A stretch of 64,000 bases of DNA from positions 46,237-110,236 of the forward strand of contig JANOSY010000091.1 of assembly GCA_031416075.1 (NCBI GenBank), written 5' to 3'. The first letter of the stretch is position 1. Each line of letters begins with the position of its first letter. This DNA comes from Candidatus Tenderia sp. (GTDB taxonomy: Bacteria; Pseudomonadota; Gammaproteobacteria; Tenderiales; Tenderiaceae). Positions 30,527 through 43,389 of this stretch are shown here, one piece after another. A program made the position numbers and the translations under genes. The notes below the pieces were generated by a model, which had not been told where the DNA came from, did no database searches, and saw only the letters and a program-made list of their open reading frames with translations.

Positions 30527-31257
30527 CAGGCGTCGCCCACCAAGGCGTTGGCTTCGGCCAGATCAATGGTCCCTTCATAAAGGGCGCGCCCCAGTATCGC
30601 CCCCATAATGCCTTCGCTCTGCACCGCCTTCAGCGCATGCAGATCATCGAGATTGGTCACACCACCCGAGGCAATCACCGGAATGCTGATGGCCTGGGCC
30701 AGCCGAAGTGTCGCCTCGACATTAACCCCCTGCATCATGCCGTCACGGCTGATGTCGGTGTAAATAATCGCCTCGACACCATCACGTTCAAAATGCTGCG
30801 CCATATCAATCACATCGTGATGGGAGAGTTTGGACCAGCCATCAATCGCCACCTTGCCATCTTTGGCATCGAGACCAACAATAATGTGGCCAGGGAATTC
30901 AGTGCAGACATCACCCACAAAATGAGGGGCATTCACCGCCTTGGTGCCGATGATGACAAACTGCACCCCTGCAGCAAGGTAGGCCTCGATCGTCTCTTCG
31001 TCACGAATACCGCCGCCGACCTGAATCGGCAGATCAGGAAAGGCCGCCGCAATCTCGCGAATCACGGCGGCATTCACCGGCTTGCCGGCAAAAGCGCCGT
31101 CCAGATCCACCAGATGCAGGCGCTTTGCACCCGCCTCAACCCAGCGGCCAGCGACCGCCACGGGGTCATCGGAAAAGACCGTATCATCCTCCATACGGCC
31201 CTGACGTAAACGAACGCACTTGCCACCCTTAAGGTCAATTGCGGGTATCAACAACAT
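30526..31257 (-). CDS. hisA: ProFAR isomerase
   Basis: [33 protein letters not shown]. Confidence 0.98.
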   Translation of the reverse strand: MLLIPAIDLKGGKCVRLRQGRMEDDTVFSDDPVAVAGRWVEAGAKRLHLVDLDGAFAGKPVNAAVIREIAAAFPDLPIQVGGGIRDEETIEAYLAAGVQFVIIGTKAVNAPHFVGDVCTEFPGHIIVGLDAKDGKVAIDGWSKLSHHDVIDMAQHFERDGVEAIIYTDISRDGMMQGVNVEATLRLAQAISIPVIASGGVTNLDDLHALKAVQSEGIMGAILGRALYEGTIDLAEANALVGDA

Positions 31258-31292
31258 TGTCGGTTTCCTTGCAGAGTTTTATCGAAATAAAC

Positions 31293-31946
31293 TTAATTAC
31301 CATCCCACATCAGAAAGTTGCGGTAAAGACGCAGCCCCGCCTCAGCACTCTTCTCTGGATGAAACTGTGTCGCAAACACATTGCCACGGCTCACCGCCGA
31401 GCAGAACCGCTGTCCATATTCAGTGGTCGCGGCGCACACACCCGTCGCCAAGCCGTCAGGTAAAAAATAGCTGTGCACAAAATAGAACGCACTATCCTGC
31501 TTGATCTCATGCCACAACGGGTGCGTCGGATCAGTTTGGTGAACCTGGTTCCACCCCATGTGCGGCACCTTTAAATGGTCAGTCGGCGGAGTGCGGATGA
31601 ACGCATCACCAAAAAAATCGAGCCGACCGGGCAGCAAACCCATACAGTCCACCCCGCCATTCTCAGCGCTATGTTCAAGCAGCGCCTGCATACCCACACA
31701 GACCGCCAACAGGGGTTTCTTCCGGGAGACCTCTTGCACCACCTCCGGCATTCCCAGACGTTGCAACTCAGCCATGCAGTCACGAATGGCACCCACGCCC
31801 GGCAATACCACCCGGTCAGCGGCCAAAATAACCTCGGGGTCGCTACTCACCACCACACGGGTGTCGATGGCAACATGCTCCAGCGCCTTGGCAACCGAGT
31901 GCAGGTTGCCCATACCATAATCAATCACTGCCACTGTTTTCATCAA
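31293..31946 (-). CDS. hisH: Imidazole glycerol phosphate synthase amidotransferase subunit
   Basis: [24 protein letters not shown]. Confidence 0.97.
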   Translation of the reverse strand: MMKTVAVIDYGMGNLHSVAKALEHVAIDTRVVVSSDPEVILAADRVVLPGVGAIRDCMAELQRLGMPEVVQEVSRKKPLLAVCVGMQALLEHSAENGGVDCMGLLPGRLDFFGDAFIRTPPTDHLKVPHMGWNQVHQTDPTHPLWHEIKQDSAFYFVHSYFLPDGLATGVCAATTEYGQRFCSAVSRGNVFATQFHPEKSAEAGLRLYRNFLMWDGN

Positions 31947-31980
31947 AAAATTCCGTAACCCAGATCGACCTCAGCCGTAA

Positions 31981-32574
31981 TTAGAGCGCACCCTTGGTCG
32001 AAGGGATAACCCCCTGCATACGCGGGTCAAGCTCCAGCGCAATACGCAAGGCGCGGCCAAAGGCCTTAAAGATGGTCTCAGCTACATGGTGGGCGTTGCG
32101 GCCACGCAACGAATCAATATGGAGCGATACATGAGCGTGATTCACAAAACCCTGGAAAAACTCGCGCAGCAGATCTACATCAAAATCCCCAATGCGGGCA
32201 CGGGGATAGTCAACGTGATACTCCAGCCCAGGACGGCCAGAAAAATCCATCACCACACGTGACAACGCCTCGTCCAGTGGCACATAGGCGTGGCCATAAC
32301 GACGAATCCCTTTTTTATCGGCCAACGCCTGACTCATCGCCTGCCCTAGGGCAATGCCGATATCCTCCACTGTATGGTGGGCATCAATCTGCAGATCACC
32401 TTTGGCTTTAACATCGATATCAATCACCCCATGACGGGCAATTTGATCCAACATATGGTCAAGAAAAGGGACGCCCGTCTCAAAACAGCCCGTACCGCTG
32501 CCATCAAGATTGATACTGACCTCTATCTGGGTCTCAAGGGTGTCACGTTTTACGGTGGCTTTACGCTCAACCAT
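31981..32574 (-). CDS. hisB: Imidazoleglycerol-phosphate dehydratase
   Basis: DHML, HHTVED, NAHHVAE. Confidence 0.98.
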   Translation of the reverse strand: MVERKATVKRDTLETQIEVSINLDGSGTGCFETGVPFLDHMLDQIARHGVIDIDVKAKGDLQIDAHHTVEDIGIALGQAMSQALADKKGIRRYGHAYVPLDEALSRVVMDFSGRPGLEYHVDYPRARIGDFDVDLLREFFQGFVNHAHVSLHIDSLRGRNAHHVAETIFKAFGRALRIALELDPRMQGVIPSTKGAL

Positions 32575-32612
32575 TTAATCTCTCCATCACCAACTTACGA
32601 TGCCCAATACAA

Positions 32613-33713
32613 CTACAGTGCTGAAGTCAGCGCCGAGAGGAAGGCTACATTTTCACTGGGCTTGCCAACCGTTACCCGCAAACAGTCCTGCAACAGTTCG
32701 TGGACGCCATTCATGTTTTTGATTAGCACCCCCTTCTTCTGCAAGGCAATATGGATACGGTCTGCCTGACCTCTGCCAACCCGGAACAGTACAAAATTGG
32801 CATCGCTGGGGAACACTTCTGTCCCCTTCAGACGGCGAATACTCTCAGCCAGCCAGGCACGATCACGATTAATCTGCCCAATCTGCTCTTCAAACTCATC
32901 CTCAAAGCGCAGCACAAATTCCGCCGTCGCCTGGGTTAAGGTATTGATATTGTAGGGCAGACGCAACTTATCAAACTCGCACAACCAGTTGGTTGGCCCC
33001 ACCAGATAGCCGAGACGCAACCCGGCCAGACCCATTTTTGACAATGTCCGCATCACCAGCAGATTACTGAACTCACCGAGACGATTCATAAAACTGCTGC
33101 CAGAGAAGGCCGTGTACGCCTCATCCACCACCACCAGACCACGGCTGGCACGCAGGATCTGCTCGATATCCCCATCAGCAAAAAGGTTGCCCGTTGGGTT
33201 GTTTGGGCTGGCAAGGTAGATCACTGAGGGCTGGTGTTGCTCAATGGCGGCCAGCATCGCAGGCAGATCAAGGGAAAAATCAGGGTTAAGTGGCACACCA
33301 ACATAAGGTAGCCCCACATAGGCGGCAATCATACGGTACATGGAGAAGGATGGCTCCGGCACCATCACCTTGCTGTCACGCCCTCGCAAAGAGAGGTTGA
33401 TGATTTGAATCAGCTCATCCGAACCGTTGCCCAGCAACAGATCCATGCCCGCTGGGATACCAAAAGTCTGGCGTAGGCGGGCCTTCAGCTCAGTCGACTC
33501 CGGATCAGGATAGCGGTTGAGCGTAACGTTTTGCATCTCCTCCAACCACTCGCCACGCAAATATGCCGGCCAGCTGTAGGGGTTCTCCATCGCATCCAGT
33601 TTAATAAGACCACGGGAGGGCGGGACGTGATACTGCTTCAACGCCTGTACTTCAGGCCGGATCAGATGAATGATCTTCTGGTCTTTTCTATCCACTATAG
33701 ATATCACTGGCAT
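32613..33713 (-). CDS. hisC: Histidinol-phosphate aminotransferase
   Basis: KLDAMENP, NRYPD, GNGSDE, PNNPTG, DEAY, RTLSK.GLAGLRLG. Confidence 0.95.
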   Translation of the reverse strand: MPVISIVDRKDQKIIHLIRPEVQALKQYHVPPSRGLIKLDAMENPYSWPAYLRGEWLEEMQNVTLNRYPDPESTELKARLRQTFGIPAGMDLLLGNGSDELIQIINLSLRGRDSKVMVPEPSFSMYRMIAAYVGLPYVGVPLNPDFSLDLPAMLAAIEQHQPSVIYLASPNNPTGNLFADGDIEQILRASRGLVVVDEAYTAFSGSSFMNRLGEFSNLLVMRTLSKMGLAGLRLGYLVGPTNWLCEFDKLRLPYNINTLTQATAEFVLRFEDEFEEQIGQINRDRAWLAESIRRLKGTEVFPSDANFVLFRVGRGQADRIHIALQKKGVLIKNMNGVHELLQDCLRVTVGKPSENVAFLSALTSAL

Positions 33714-33780
33714 GGCGATTTTCCCGATTTTACAATGATTACTTAGGTAAGGCACTACACCCATAGCATATTAGCATATG

Positions 33781-35088
33781 CTAACTTTTTATCCGGTACT
33801 CCGCCGAACGGGCATGGGCAGTCAAACCTTCACCCCGTGCCAGCACAGAGGCTGTTTTACCCAGAAAAGAGGCCCCCTCTGCCGAACACATGATCAGACT
33901 GGAGCGCTTTTGAAAGTCGTAGACACCCAGCGGCGATGAAAAGCGCGCTGTGCGCGACGTGGGCAGGACATGGTTGGGGCCAGCACAATAGTCACCCAAC
34001 GCTTCAGCGGTATAACGACCCATAAAAATAGCCCCTGCATGGCGAATGCCCTCCAGTAGCTCGTCTGGATCTTCGACAGAAAGTTCCAAATGTTCCGGGG
34101 CCACGTGGTTGATCACCTTGGCGGCCTCGTCCATATCAGCCACCAAAATCATGCCGCCACGCCCACTGAGTGAGCTACGAATAATATCAGCACGTTCCAT
34201 GCCCGGCAGCAGGCGGTCAATACTGGCCTGAACCTGATCAAGGAAGGCGGCGCTGGGGGAGACCAGTATCGACTGCGCATCCTCGTCGTGTTCCGCCTGT
34301 GAGAAGAGATCCATCGCCACCCAATCCGGATTGGTCTCGCCATCACAGACCACCAGAATTTCTGAAGGTCCGGCAATCATGTCGATGCCTACCGCGCCAA
34401 ACACCATACCCTTGGCGGCGGCCACGTAGATGTTCCCGGGCCCGACGATCTTGTCGACCCGTGGAACAGTCGCGGTGCCATAGGCCAACGCCGCTACCGC
34501 CTGGGCACCGCCGATGGCGAAGGCACGATCCACCCCTACCAGCGCTGCGGCAGCCAGCACCAAATCGTTGATCTCACCATCCGGGGTGGGCACAACCATA
34601 ATAATTTCTGAGACACCGGCCACTTTGGCCGGTACTGCATTCATCAATACAGACGAGGGGTATGCCGCCTTGCCTCCAGGCACGTAGAGCCCCACCCGAT
34701 CCAGAGCCGTCACCTTCTGCCCCAGCATGGTGCCATCGGGTTCGGTATAGGACCAGGACTCGGCGCGTTGGTGTTCGTGATAGGCAAAGAGCCGCTGCAG
34801 CGAAAACTCCAGCGCCTTGCGCTGCTCCGCCGGAATACGGTCAAGCGCCTCTTTCATACGCGCCTGAGATATCTCCAGATCGGCCATGCTGCCAACGTCC
34901 ATGCGATCAAAACGGTTGGTATATTCAACCAGCGCCTCATCACCACGATGGCGAACGTTGGCGATGATGTCACGCACAACCGTGGCCACTCGCTCATCAG
35001 AGGCGCTATCCCACGCCAGCAGCGCATCAAGCTGGGGCCAGAAATCGTCATCCCCGGCATTTAACCGTTTGATTGCCAGATCACTCAT
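33781..35088 (-). CDS. hisD: Histidinol dehydrogenase
   Basis: [34 protein letters not shown]. Confidence 0.98.
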   Translation of the reverse strand: MSDLAIKRLNAGDDDFWPQLDALLAWDSASDERVATVVRDIIANVRHRGDEALVEYTNRFDRMDVGSMADLEISQARMKEALDRIPAEQRKALEFSLQRLFAYHEHQRAESWSYTEPDGTMLGQKVTALDRVGLYVPGGKAAYPSSVLMNAVPAKVAGVSEIIMVVPTPDGEINDLVLAAAALVGVDRAFAIGGAQAVAALAYGTATVPRVDKIVGPGNIYVAAAKGMVFGAVGIDMIAGPSEILVVCDGETNPDWVAMDLFSQAEHDEDAQSILVSPSAAFLDQVQASIDRLLPGMERADIIRSSLSGRGGMILVADMDEAAKVINHVAPEHLELSVEDPDELLEGIRHAGAIFMGRYTAEALGDYCAGPNHVLPTSRTARFSSPLGVYDFQKRSSLIMCSAEGASFLGKTASVLARGEGLTAHARSAEYRIKS

Positions 35089-35117
35089 ATCATTACTCCG
35101 CTCACTCTACAGCCACC

Positions 35118-35765
35118 TTAACTTCGTTCTGCCACAGCCTTGGCCATGCAGTCGATCAACGGTTTTACTGCCGCATGTTTCATCTTCATAGAGGCTTTGT
35201 TCACGATCAAACGTGAACTGATATCGGCGATATGTTGCAACGGTGCCAAGCCGTTTGCACGCAGGGTATTACCCGTATCCACCAGATCAACGATCCAGTC
35301 GGACAGCCCCACCAGCGGTGCCAGCTCCATGGATCCATACAGCTTAATGATCTCCGCCTGTTTACCTTGAGAGGCAAAATAGCGCCGCGCCGAATTGACA
35401 TACTTAGTGGCAATCCGCAGCCGCGATGACTCGGTCGGCACATCCGTCACACCCGCCACCATCAGTTTACAGCAGGCAATTTTGAGGTCGAGCAGTTCAT
35501 ACAGACCATCGCCCTCGTACTCCATTAATACATCCTTACCGGCAATGCCAATATCAGCCGCACCATAATCAACATAGGTGGGGACGTCAGAGGCGCGGAT
35601 CAATACCAGCTTCACATCCTTGCGACTGGTATCCAGAATCAGCTTACGGCTGGTCTCCGGATCATCAATCGGTACAATGCCAGCCTCAGCCAACAGCGGT
35701 AGTGCATCCTTAAAGATACGCCCTTTGGAAACAGCGATGGTTAAAACCTTGCTCACGTCCTTCAC
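35118..35765 (-). CDS. hisG: ATP phosphoribosyltransferase (short form)
   Basis: SKGRI, DVPTYV..G.AD.GIAGKD, GSMELAP, DTGNTL. Confidence 0.97.
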   Translation of the reverse strand: MKDVSKVLTIAVSKGRIFKDALPLLAEAGIVPIDDPETSRKLILDTSRKDVKLVLIRASDVPTYVDYGAADIGIAGKDVLMEYEGDGLYELLDLKIACCKLMVAGVTDVPTESSRLRIATKYVNSARRYFASQGKQAEIIKLYGSMELAPLVGLSDWIVDLVDTGNTLRANGLAPLQHIADISSRLIVNKASMKMKHAAVKPLIDCMAKAVAERS

Positions 35766-35768
35766 TCC

Positions 35769-37028
<1,260 letters not shown>

Positions 37029-37098
37029 TCAATAGACCGCTTTTAGGGCGCGTGCAACGCCACTGAGAAAGAGAGAAAAAACCAAAAAAAACAGCTGC

Positions 37099-37344
37099 TT
37101 AACCGTTCTTGTTCGCCCATGACTCAGGGGTATAGGTCTTCATCGACAGGGCATGAATTGCCGAGCGCATATTATCCCCCAACGCCCCGTATACCAGACG
37201 GTGCTGCTCCAACATGCCTTTGCCAACAAAGGCCGGGGATACCACAATGGCCTCAAAATGTTGACCATCATCGCCAAAAACCTGCGCCTGACTGCCGGGC
37301 AAACCGGTCTCAATCATCTGCTTAATCTGCTCTGCTTGCATCAT
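37099..37344 (-). CDS. BolA/IbaG family protein
   Basis: GDDGQHF, QHRLVY, IHALS. Confidence 0.92.
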   Translation of the reverse strand: MMQAEQIKQMIETGLPGSQAQVFGDDGQHFEAIVVSPAFVGKGMLEQHRLVYGALGDNMRSAIHALSMKTYTPESWANKNG

Positions 37345-37506
37345 ACATAACCTGCTTGATCAATCGTGGGGAGAGCCAACGGCTGTTCCGGAACGGCATA
37401 GGATACCGCTTATGACGGGACTTTTTAAGTCTGACGTAGAATTTAGGGGCGACCACCCCTCGCCAAGAAGACGAAGATCACTGACAAAAACACGCCCCAT
37501 ACGGCG

Positions 37507-37860
37507 CTATCGGGGATTCCGGAGTGATAAGACCTGCTCTGGCGAGGCGCTCTCTAACAAAGAGGGAAAAGCCAATAACTGACCCACCCCCCCTACCCTG
37601 GCCAGCCCCAACAGCTGTGCTGGCACATTATGGAAGGTGATGGACCCTTTCTGCTGCCGCGCCAACCGCGTCCAGCCCACCAGCAGGGCAAGACCGGCGC
37701 TATCGCTACGCTCAACCCCGGCCAGATCGAGGGCCACCGCCGCACCGCCAGCACAGAGCTGTTGCCCTTGCTGATACAGCTGTGGCACGGTATCGAAGGT
37801 TAGTGCGCCAAAGAGGGCACAACCGCCATCCTCACGCCGCTCCAGCCGGGCTGCACTCAC
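37507..37860 (-). CDS. mlaB: STAS-domain protein MlaB
   Basis: LDLAGVERSDSAGLALL. Confidence 0.9.
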   Translation of the reverse strand: MSAARLERREDGGCALFGALTFDTVPQLYQQGQQLCAGGAAVALDLAGVERSDSAGLALLVGWTRLARQQKGSITFHNVPAQLLGLARVGGVGQLLAFPSLLESASPEQVLSLRNPR

Positions 37861-38468
37861 TTGCTGACCTGTTTGTTGCGATCAGCCAGGGTTTTAACCA
37901 GCCCGTCCAGCCCACTAACGCGAATCTCCTTAGCGAAGCTGGAGCGGTAGTTGGTTACCAGACTCACACCATCGATCACCACGTCAAAGACCTTCCACTG
38001 CTCACCTTCCTGACGCAGGCGATAATCGATAGGGATGGGAACTCCCCCTGGCTGCGCCACTTCCGAGTGAACGGTGGCCAGCTCAGGACGCGCCTCCGGA
38101 CGGAACGGCTTAAAGGTAAGCTTCTGATCAGTATACTGATTTAATGAAGTAGCATAGGTACGCACCAATAAGGTCCGGAACTCTTCTACAAAGGCCTTCT
38201 TTTGTGCCGGTGTGGCACGCTGCCAGTACTTTGCCAGCACCATCTGCGACATGTACTCAAAATCAAAATGGGGCAGCACAATCTGGTTGACCAGCTCATA
38301 GATTCGCCCCGGCTCAGCCTTAATGACCGCCGCCTCCTCCTTGAGCTTGCCAAGCATCAGTTTCGAGGTCTCTTCCACCAGCGCCTGTGGTGCCTGAGCG
38401 GCAGCCATCGCCGACCCTGCAATCAGGAGCGTTGTCCCCAGTACCATCACTGCCATCAGCCGTCTCAT
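37857..38468 (-). CDS. mlaC: Periplasmic phospholipid shuttle MlaC
   Basis: PHFDF, WKVFDVVIDGVSLVTNYRSSF. Confidence 0.93.
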   Translation of the reverse strand: MRRLMAVMVLGTTLLIAGSAMAAAQAPQALVEETSKLMLGKLKEEAAVIKAEPGRIYELVNQIVLPHFDFEYMSQMVLAKYWQRATPAQKKAFVEEFRTLLVRTYATSLNQYTDQKLTFKPFRPEARPELATVHSEVAQPGGVPIPIDYRLRQEGEQWKVFDVVIDGVSLVTNYRSSFAKEIRVSGLDGLVKTLADRNKQVSK

Positions 38469-39811
38469 TTCCTTACTCCAATTACTGACTCAAGCTGAGC
38501 CACGTGCATATTGTACTCAAAGGTTGTCTGAATGTAGTCTGAACTGGCCACCACATAGGCTTGGAACGCCGTCATCACCTTATCAGCCTTCTCCAACCCC
38601 GCCTCAAAATCGGTATAACTGGCAATCATCCAACGCCGTGACGAACGGCTCGCCTCAGCCAGACTCACCACCGATTCGTGGTACCCTTGAACCTGATAGT
38701 ACTGCTCTGCCACCTGATAGGGGATCCCCATCCGGGCCAGCGCCGACTTTGATATCAAGGCGTTCAACTCTGCCTGAGCGGCAGCGGTTTTGCCACGCTG
38801 TACCCCCCCTTTCCAATCCCACTTCATGCCTACCACTGGTGTAATACCGGCATCATTAAAGGGATCGCTGATGAAGGGGTTTTCAATTCGGTCACGCCCC
38901 GGCGCGTAGGAGACAATACCCACCAGACCGGTGTACAGGTTAGGGCGGTTGCCCGCCTTGTTCGCCTCCAGCAGCGAACGGCGCGCCTTTAACCCCGCCT
39001 CCAGCTGCTGCATCTCAGGTCGGTCGCTCAACGCCTGCTGCTTTAGCTCAGCCAGGGACAAGGGCGGCAGTGCCACCGGCTCCAGTCGCTGATCAACCAC
39101 CTCGATCTCACCGTCCAACCCCACACCCGTGACCACCTTCAAACCATCGAGGGCAATTTTTTCCAGCGCCGCCGTCTGCGCCCGGTATTTACCCAGCAGC
39201 GCCTGGCCCGCCTGCAGGGCAAACAGGTCTGACTGTTTGGCATCACCGCCATCCTCCAGCCAGCTGCTGACCAACTCTACGGCGCTCTGGACCCGTTTAT
39301 CCACATCGGTCAGCAGCAGGCGTGCATCTCGTGCGGCCAGGTAACCGTAGTAAGCCTTTTTAACATCCATCACGGTGGCGTCCCGCTGTAAGCGCACATC
39401 GCCACCCTTGATGTCGATATTGGCCTTAGCCGCTGCGGAGTAGTTCTCCAGCTTGCCAAAGGTGTAGAGCGGTTTGATCAACCCCATCTGCACATTAAAC
39501 CAACCGGTCAAGCCATCAATATCGTAACGATCATCACGCAGATCACACTTCGTGGCGGTGCAGGTGCCTCCATCAAATATATTGCCTGATACCTGAGGGG
39601 CCAACCCGACAAAGGCATTGGCATCGACAAACCAGTCACCGTTGCCTTTGACCTCCTGCAACAGGCCACGGGCTGCCTCAACCAGATGCTCTCGCTCTTC
39701 GATACGGGGATCGGCATTCAAGGCACGTTCAATCGCCTGATCCAGCGTCAGGCTCTCTGCCAGCACCGTCAACGGAGCCAGCAACAACAACGCCGCTAAT
39801 CGTTTTTTCAC
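38465..39811 (-). CDS. TolC-family outer-membrane protein
   Basis: Signal peptide, LTLDQAIERAL..DP, PLYTFGK, VKKAYY, helical repeats. Confidence 0.9.
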   Translation of the reverse strand: MKKRLAALLLLAPLTVLAESLTLDQAIERALNADPRIEEREHLVEAARGLLQEVKGNGDWFVDANAFVGLAPQVSGNIFDGGTCTATKCDLRDDRYDIDGLTGWFNVQMGLIKPLYTFGKLENYSAAAKANIDIKGGDVRLQRDATVMDVKKAYYGYLAARDARLLLTDVDKRVQSAVELVSSWLEDGGDAKQSDLFALQAGQALLGKYRAQTAALEKIALDGLKVVTGVGLDGEIEVVDQRLEPVALPPLSLAELKQQALSDRPEMQQLEAGLKARRSLLEANKAGNRPNLYTGLVGIVSYAPGRDRIENPFISDPFNDAGITPVVGMKWDWKGGVQRGKTAAAQAELNALISKSALARMGIPYQVAEQYYQVQGYHESVVSLAEASRSSRRWMIASYTDFEAGLEKADKVMTAFQAYVVASSDYIQTTFEYNMHVAQLESVIGVRK

Positions 39812-40296
39812 TTCCCACCCTCTGTCTTATCACTGCCTTCTGCGGCAGTTTTAAAGAGGAACTGACCGATCAGCTGCTCCAGCACCAGCGCCGACTGGGT
39901 CATGGTGAGATGGTCATTGGCCTTGAGATACTCGGGATCCCCGCCAGCATCCAGGGCAATATACTGCTCACCCAACAGGCCGGAAGTGAATATGCTGGCA
40001 CTGCTATCAAGCGGCAGTTTATTGTATTCATTATTGATTTTTAACATCACCACCGCTTCATAAGTAGTGCTGTCAAAACCGATCTGCTCAACACGCCCCA
40101 CCCGGACCCCCGCCATGGTGACGGGGGCCTGCACCTTCAGTCCACCAATATTGTCAAACCGTGCCTCCAGCGGATAACCCGCTGCATCGGAAAAACTGCT
40201 GAGGTTACTGACCTTGATCGCCAGGATAAAGATCGCGGCCAGCCCCAGCGCCACAAAAATACCGACGGAGATCTCTAACGTTCTGTTATGAAACAT
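39808..40296 (-). CDS. mlaD: MCE protein MlaD
   Basis: FDNIGGLKVQAPV.MAGV.VG, TSGLLGEQYI. Confidence 0.96.
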   Translation of the reverse strand: MFHNRTLEISVGIFVALGLAAIFILAIKVSNLSSFSDAAGYPLEARFDNIGGLKVQAPVTMAGVRVGRVEQIGFDSTTYEAVVMLKINNEYNKLPLDSSASIFTSGLLGEQYIALDAGGDPEYLKANDHLTMTQSALVLEQLIGQFLFKTAAEGSDKTEGGK

Positions 40297-40346
40297 GGTT
40301 TATACCTTTCAAATTAATCCCTGCCGCCCACTGGCAACAGCCAATA

Positions 40347-41120
40347 TCAGTTAAACATCAACGCCGTCATAATCACATCCAGCCCCAGCACCACCAGCGA
40401 TGTATGCACCACGGTACGGGTAGTGGCCCGGCTCACCCCTTCGGAGGTAGGTACGGCATCGTACCCCTCATATAACGCAATCCACGACGCTGCAAAACCA
40501 AACACCACACTTTTAATCATGCCATTAAGCACGTCATCATAAAAATCTATGCGGCTCTGGATCTGTGACCAGAAGGCCCCCTCGTCCACACCCAGCAGAC
40601 CCACACCGACAAAGTAACCGCCAAAAACACCCACGGCACTAAAGATCGCCGCGAGCAGTGGCACTGAGATAAAGCCAGCCCAGAAGCGCGGTGCAATCAC
40701 CCGCTGCAACGGATCAACCGCCATCATCTCCATACCTGAAAGCTGCTCGGTCGCCTTCATCAGACCAATCTCCGCCGTCAGCGAGGTCCCGGCACGGGCG
40801 GCAAACAGGATCGCCGTCAACACCGGTCCCAGCTCCTGCACCAGCGACAGCGCCACCATCACCCCTAGTGACTCCTCCGACCCAAAGTCGACCAGCGTAT
40901 TGTACCCCTGCAACCCCAGCACCATGCCGACAAACAGCCCGGCCACCGCCACAATCAGCAGCGACAATACACCGATGCTAAAGAGCTGCTGCAACAGCAG
41001 ACGAAAGCGAATAAACATGCCTGGCGACCCGGCCAGCACATAAAAAAGAAAGATATGACCACGCCCAAGGCGCTCAAAAAAGTTGAGACCAGAGCGCCCC
41101 AGCTGCTGTAACCAGTTCAT
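40347..41120 (-). CDS. mlaE: ABC permease MlaE
   Basis: ELGPVLTA, AEIGLMKATEQL, GVSRATTRTVV. Confidence 0.96.
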   Translation of the reverse strand: MNWLQQLGRSGLNFFERLGRGHIFLFYVLAGSPGMFIRFRLLLQQLFSIGVLSLLIVAVAGLFVGMVLGLQGYNTLVDFGSEESLGVMVALSLVQELGPVLTAILFAARAGTSLTAEIGLMKATEQLSGMEMMAVDPLQRVIAPRFWAGFISVPLLAAIFSAVGVFGGYFVGVGLLGVDEGAFWSQIQSRIDFYDDVLNGMIKSVVFGFAASWIALYEGYDAVPTSEGVSRATTRTVVHTSLVVLGLDVIMTALMFN

Positions 41121-41941
41121 CAATGCTTCTCTCCTGAGAGCAGATCTTCGGCATAGTCGCGGGCCGGAAAGTGAAACGGCACCGGGCCGTCGGGCAGCCC
41201 CTTCATAAACTGCTGCACCCACTCTGAGCCGGAACGATCAAGCTCCTCCGGTGAGCCGTGGCCCACCACCTTGCCGTTGGAGATGACATATATATAGTCT
41301 GCAATCGCGGCGGTCTCGGCCACATCGTGGGAGACCACAATGCTGCTCAACCCCAGCGCCTTATTGATCTTGTGGATCAACTCCACCAAGACTCCCATGG
41401 AGATCGGGTCCTGACCGGTAAAGGGTTCGTCATACATAATCATCATCGGATCAAGGGCGATGGCCCGCGCCAGCGCCACACGCCGCGCCATGCCGCCGGA
41501 GAGCTCAGCGGGCATCAAGCCACGGGCACCACGCAGCCCCACCGCCTCCAGCTTCATCAACACCAGATCACGGATCAGCTCTTCTGGCAGCTGGGTATGT
41601 TCACGGACGGGAAAGGCGACATTGTCAAACACGTTAAGATCGGTAAGCAACGCACCGCTCTGAAACAACATGCCCATACGCTTGCGGAGCTGAAACAGTT
41701 TGGTACGTGAGAGCTGTGCCACATTCTCGCCGTCCACCTCGATAGTACCGGCCAGGGGTCGCAGCTGGCCACCGATCAACTTCAGCAGTGTGGTTTTACC
41801 CGTACCACTCGGCCCCATGATGGCGGTCACCTGGCCACGGCGAATATCGAGATCCAGGCCGTCAAAAATCATCCGGCTGCCACGCTGAAAACTCAGACCA
41901 CGGATACGTACCAGCACCTCACTCATATCAGTTCCTGACAT
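41120..41941 (-). CDS. mlaF: ABC ATPase MlaF
   Basis: GPSGTGKT, LSGGM, YDEPFTGQDP. Confidence 0.96.
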   Translation of the reverse strand: MSGTDMSEVLVRIRGLSFQRGSRMIFDGLDLDIRRGQVTAIMGPSGTGKTTLLKLIGGQLRPLAGTIEVDGENVAQLSRTKLFQLRKRMGMLFQSGALLTDLNVFDNVAFPVREHTQLPEELIRDLVLMKLEAVGLRGARGLMPAELSGGMARRVALARAIALDPMMIMYDEPFTGQDPISMGVLVELIHKINKALGLSSIVVSHDVAETAAIADYIYVISNGKVVGHGSPEELDRSGSEWVQQFMKGLPDGPVPFHFPARDYAEDLLSGEKH

Positions 41942-41971
41942 GTACACTCCCCACACCCATACAAACCACCT

Positions 41972-43324
41972 TTACTCTCCCGCAACTGTCATGTTACTGA
42001 TCAGGATGGAGCCGGTGTGGATATTGCCACGGCTGTCCACATCATTACCAATGGCAACGATATCCTTAAACATCTGTTTCATGTTGCCCGCCACCGTCAG
42101 TTCCTCAACCGGGTACTGAATCACCCCGTTTTCGATCCAAAACCCGGCTGCGCCACGGGAGTAGTCACCCGTGACCATATTGGCCCCCTGCCCCATCATT
42201 TCAGTCACCAGCAGACCGGTACCCATCTCACGGCAGAGCCCCTGAAGATCAGAGCCACCACTGCTGACAAACAGGTTGTGCACCCCCCCGGCATTGCCTG
42301 TGGTCTGGCGACCCAGGCGACGCGCCGAGTAGCTATCCAGCACGTAACTCTGCAGTCGGCCATCAATAATAAAGGCACGATCCTGTGTCGCCACCCCTTC
42401 ACGATCAAAGGGGGCGCTGCTATTCCCACGCAGTAGCTGTGGCCGCTCATCAATCTGCATAAAGTCGGGAAAGACCTGCTCACCCAAGGCATCCAGCAGG
42501 AAGGATGAACGGCGATACTGGGCACCGCCACGAATAGCGCTCAGAAAACTGCCAATCAGACCGCTGGCAATCTCCGCCGAAAAGAGCACCGGCACATTGC
42601 AGGTTTTAACCCGCCGTGCGCCAAGACGCCTGACCGTACGCTCCGCCGCCTTACGCCCCACCGCCTCCGGCGACTCCAGCGCATCCGCATGGCGTGACGA
42701 GGTATACCAGTAGTCACGCTGCATCCCCTCATCCTGCCCTGCCAGCACCGAACAGCTCAAGCCGTGACGGGTACCGCCATAGGCCCCTACAAAACCGTGG
42801 CTATTGCCATAGACCCGGAAACTCTGGTGGCTGCTGACACTCGCCCCTTCAGAGTTGCTGATACGTTTATCAAAGCCCCGCGCCGCCGCCTCACATACCA
42901 GCGCCAGCTCAATCGCCTGCTCCGCCGTAATATCCCAGGGGTGGGTCAGATCAAGATCAGGGATATCCTGCGCCATCAGCGCCGCATCGGCCAGTCCCGC
43001 ATACTCATCCGCCGCGGTATAACGGGCAATGCGACAGGCGGCAGCAACGGTATCTTTGATCGCGGCATCGGCAAAATCAGAGGTGCTGGCAGAACCTTTC
43101 ACCTGACCGACATAGACCGTCACCCCCAGCCCCTTATCGTGGTTATGCTCCACCGTCTCCACTTCGCCCAGCCGCGCCGTCACCGACAGCCCCGACTCAA
43201 TGCTCACCGCCGCCTCCGCCGCCGAGGCCCCCTGCACACGGGCCTCGGCAAGGATATCAGCCACCACATTTTCGAGCTGTTCACGACTATAGATAGAGTT
43301 TTTGATCACTGGCATCTGCGCCAT
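41972..43324 (-). CDS. pmbA: Metalloprotease subunit PmbA/TldE
   Basis: MQRDYWY, FDREG, TGNAGG, TGDYSRGA. Confidence 0.96.
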   Translation of the reverse strand: MAQMPVIKNSIYSREQLENVVADILAEARVQGASAAEAAVSIESGLSVTARLGEVETVEHNHDKGLGVTVYVGQVKGSASTSDFADAAIKDTVAAACRIARYTAADEYAGLADAALMAQDIPDLDLTHPWDITAEQAIELALVCEAAARGFDKRISNSEGASVSSHQSFRVYGNSHGFVGAYGGTRHGLSCSVLAGQDEGMQRDYWYTSSRHADALESPEAVGRKAAERTVRRLGARRVKTCNVPVLFSAEIASGLIGSFLSAIRGGAQYRRSSFLLDALGEQVFPDFMQIDERPQLLRGNSSAPFDREGVATQDRAFIIDGRLQSYVLDSYSARRLGRQTTGNAGGVHNLFVSSGGSDLQGLCREMGTGLLVTEMMGQGANMVTGDYSRGAAGFWIENGVIQYPVEELTVAGNMKQMFKDIVAIGNDVDSRGNIHTGSILISNMTVAGE

Positions 43325-43389
43325 AAAGTACCGTTCCTTTATGTTTCCATAACTATATTTTTTCGCCCGCATCGGTTACCGTAGCGACC

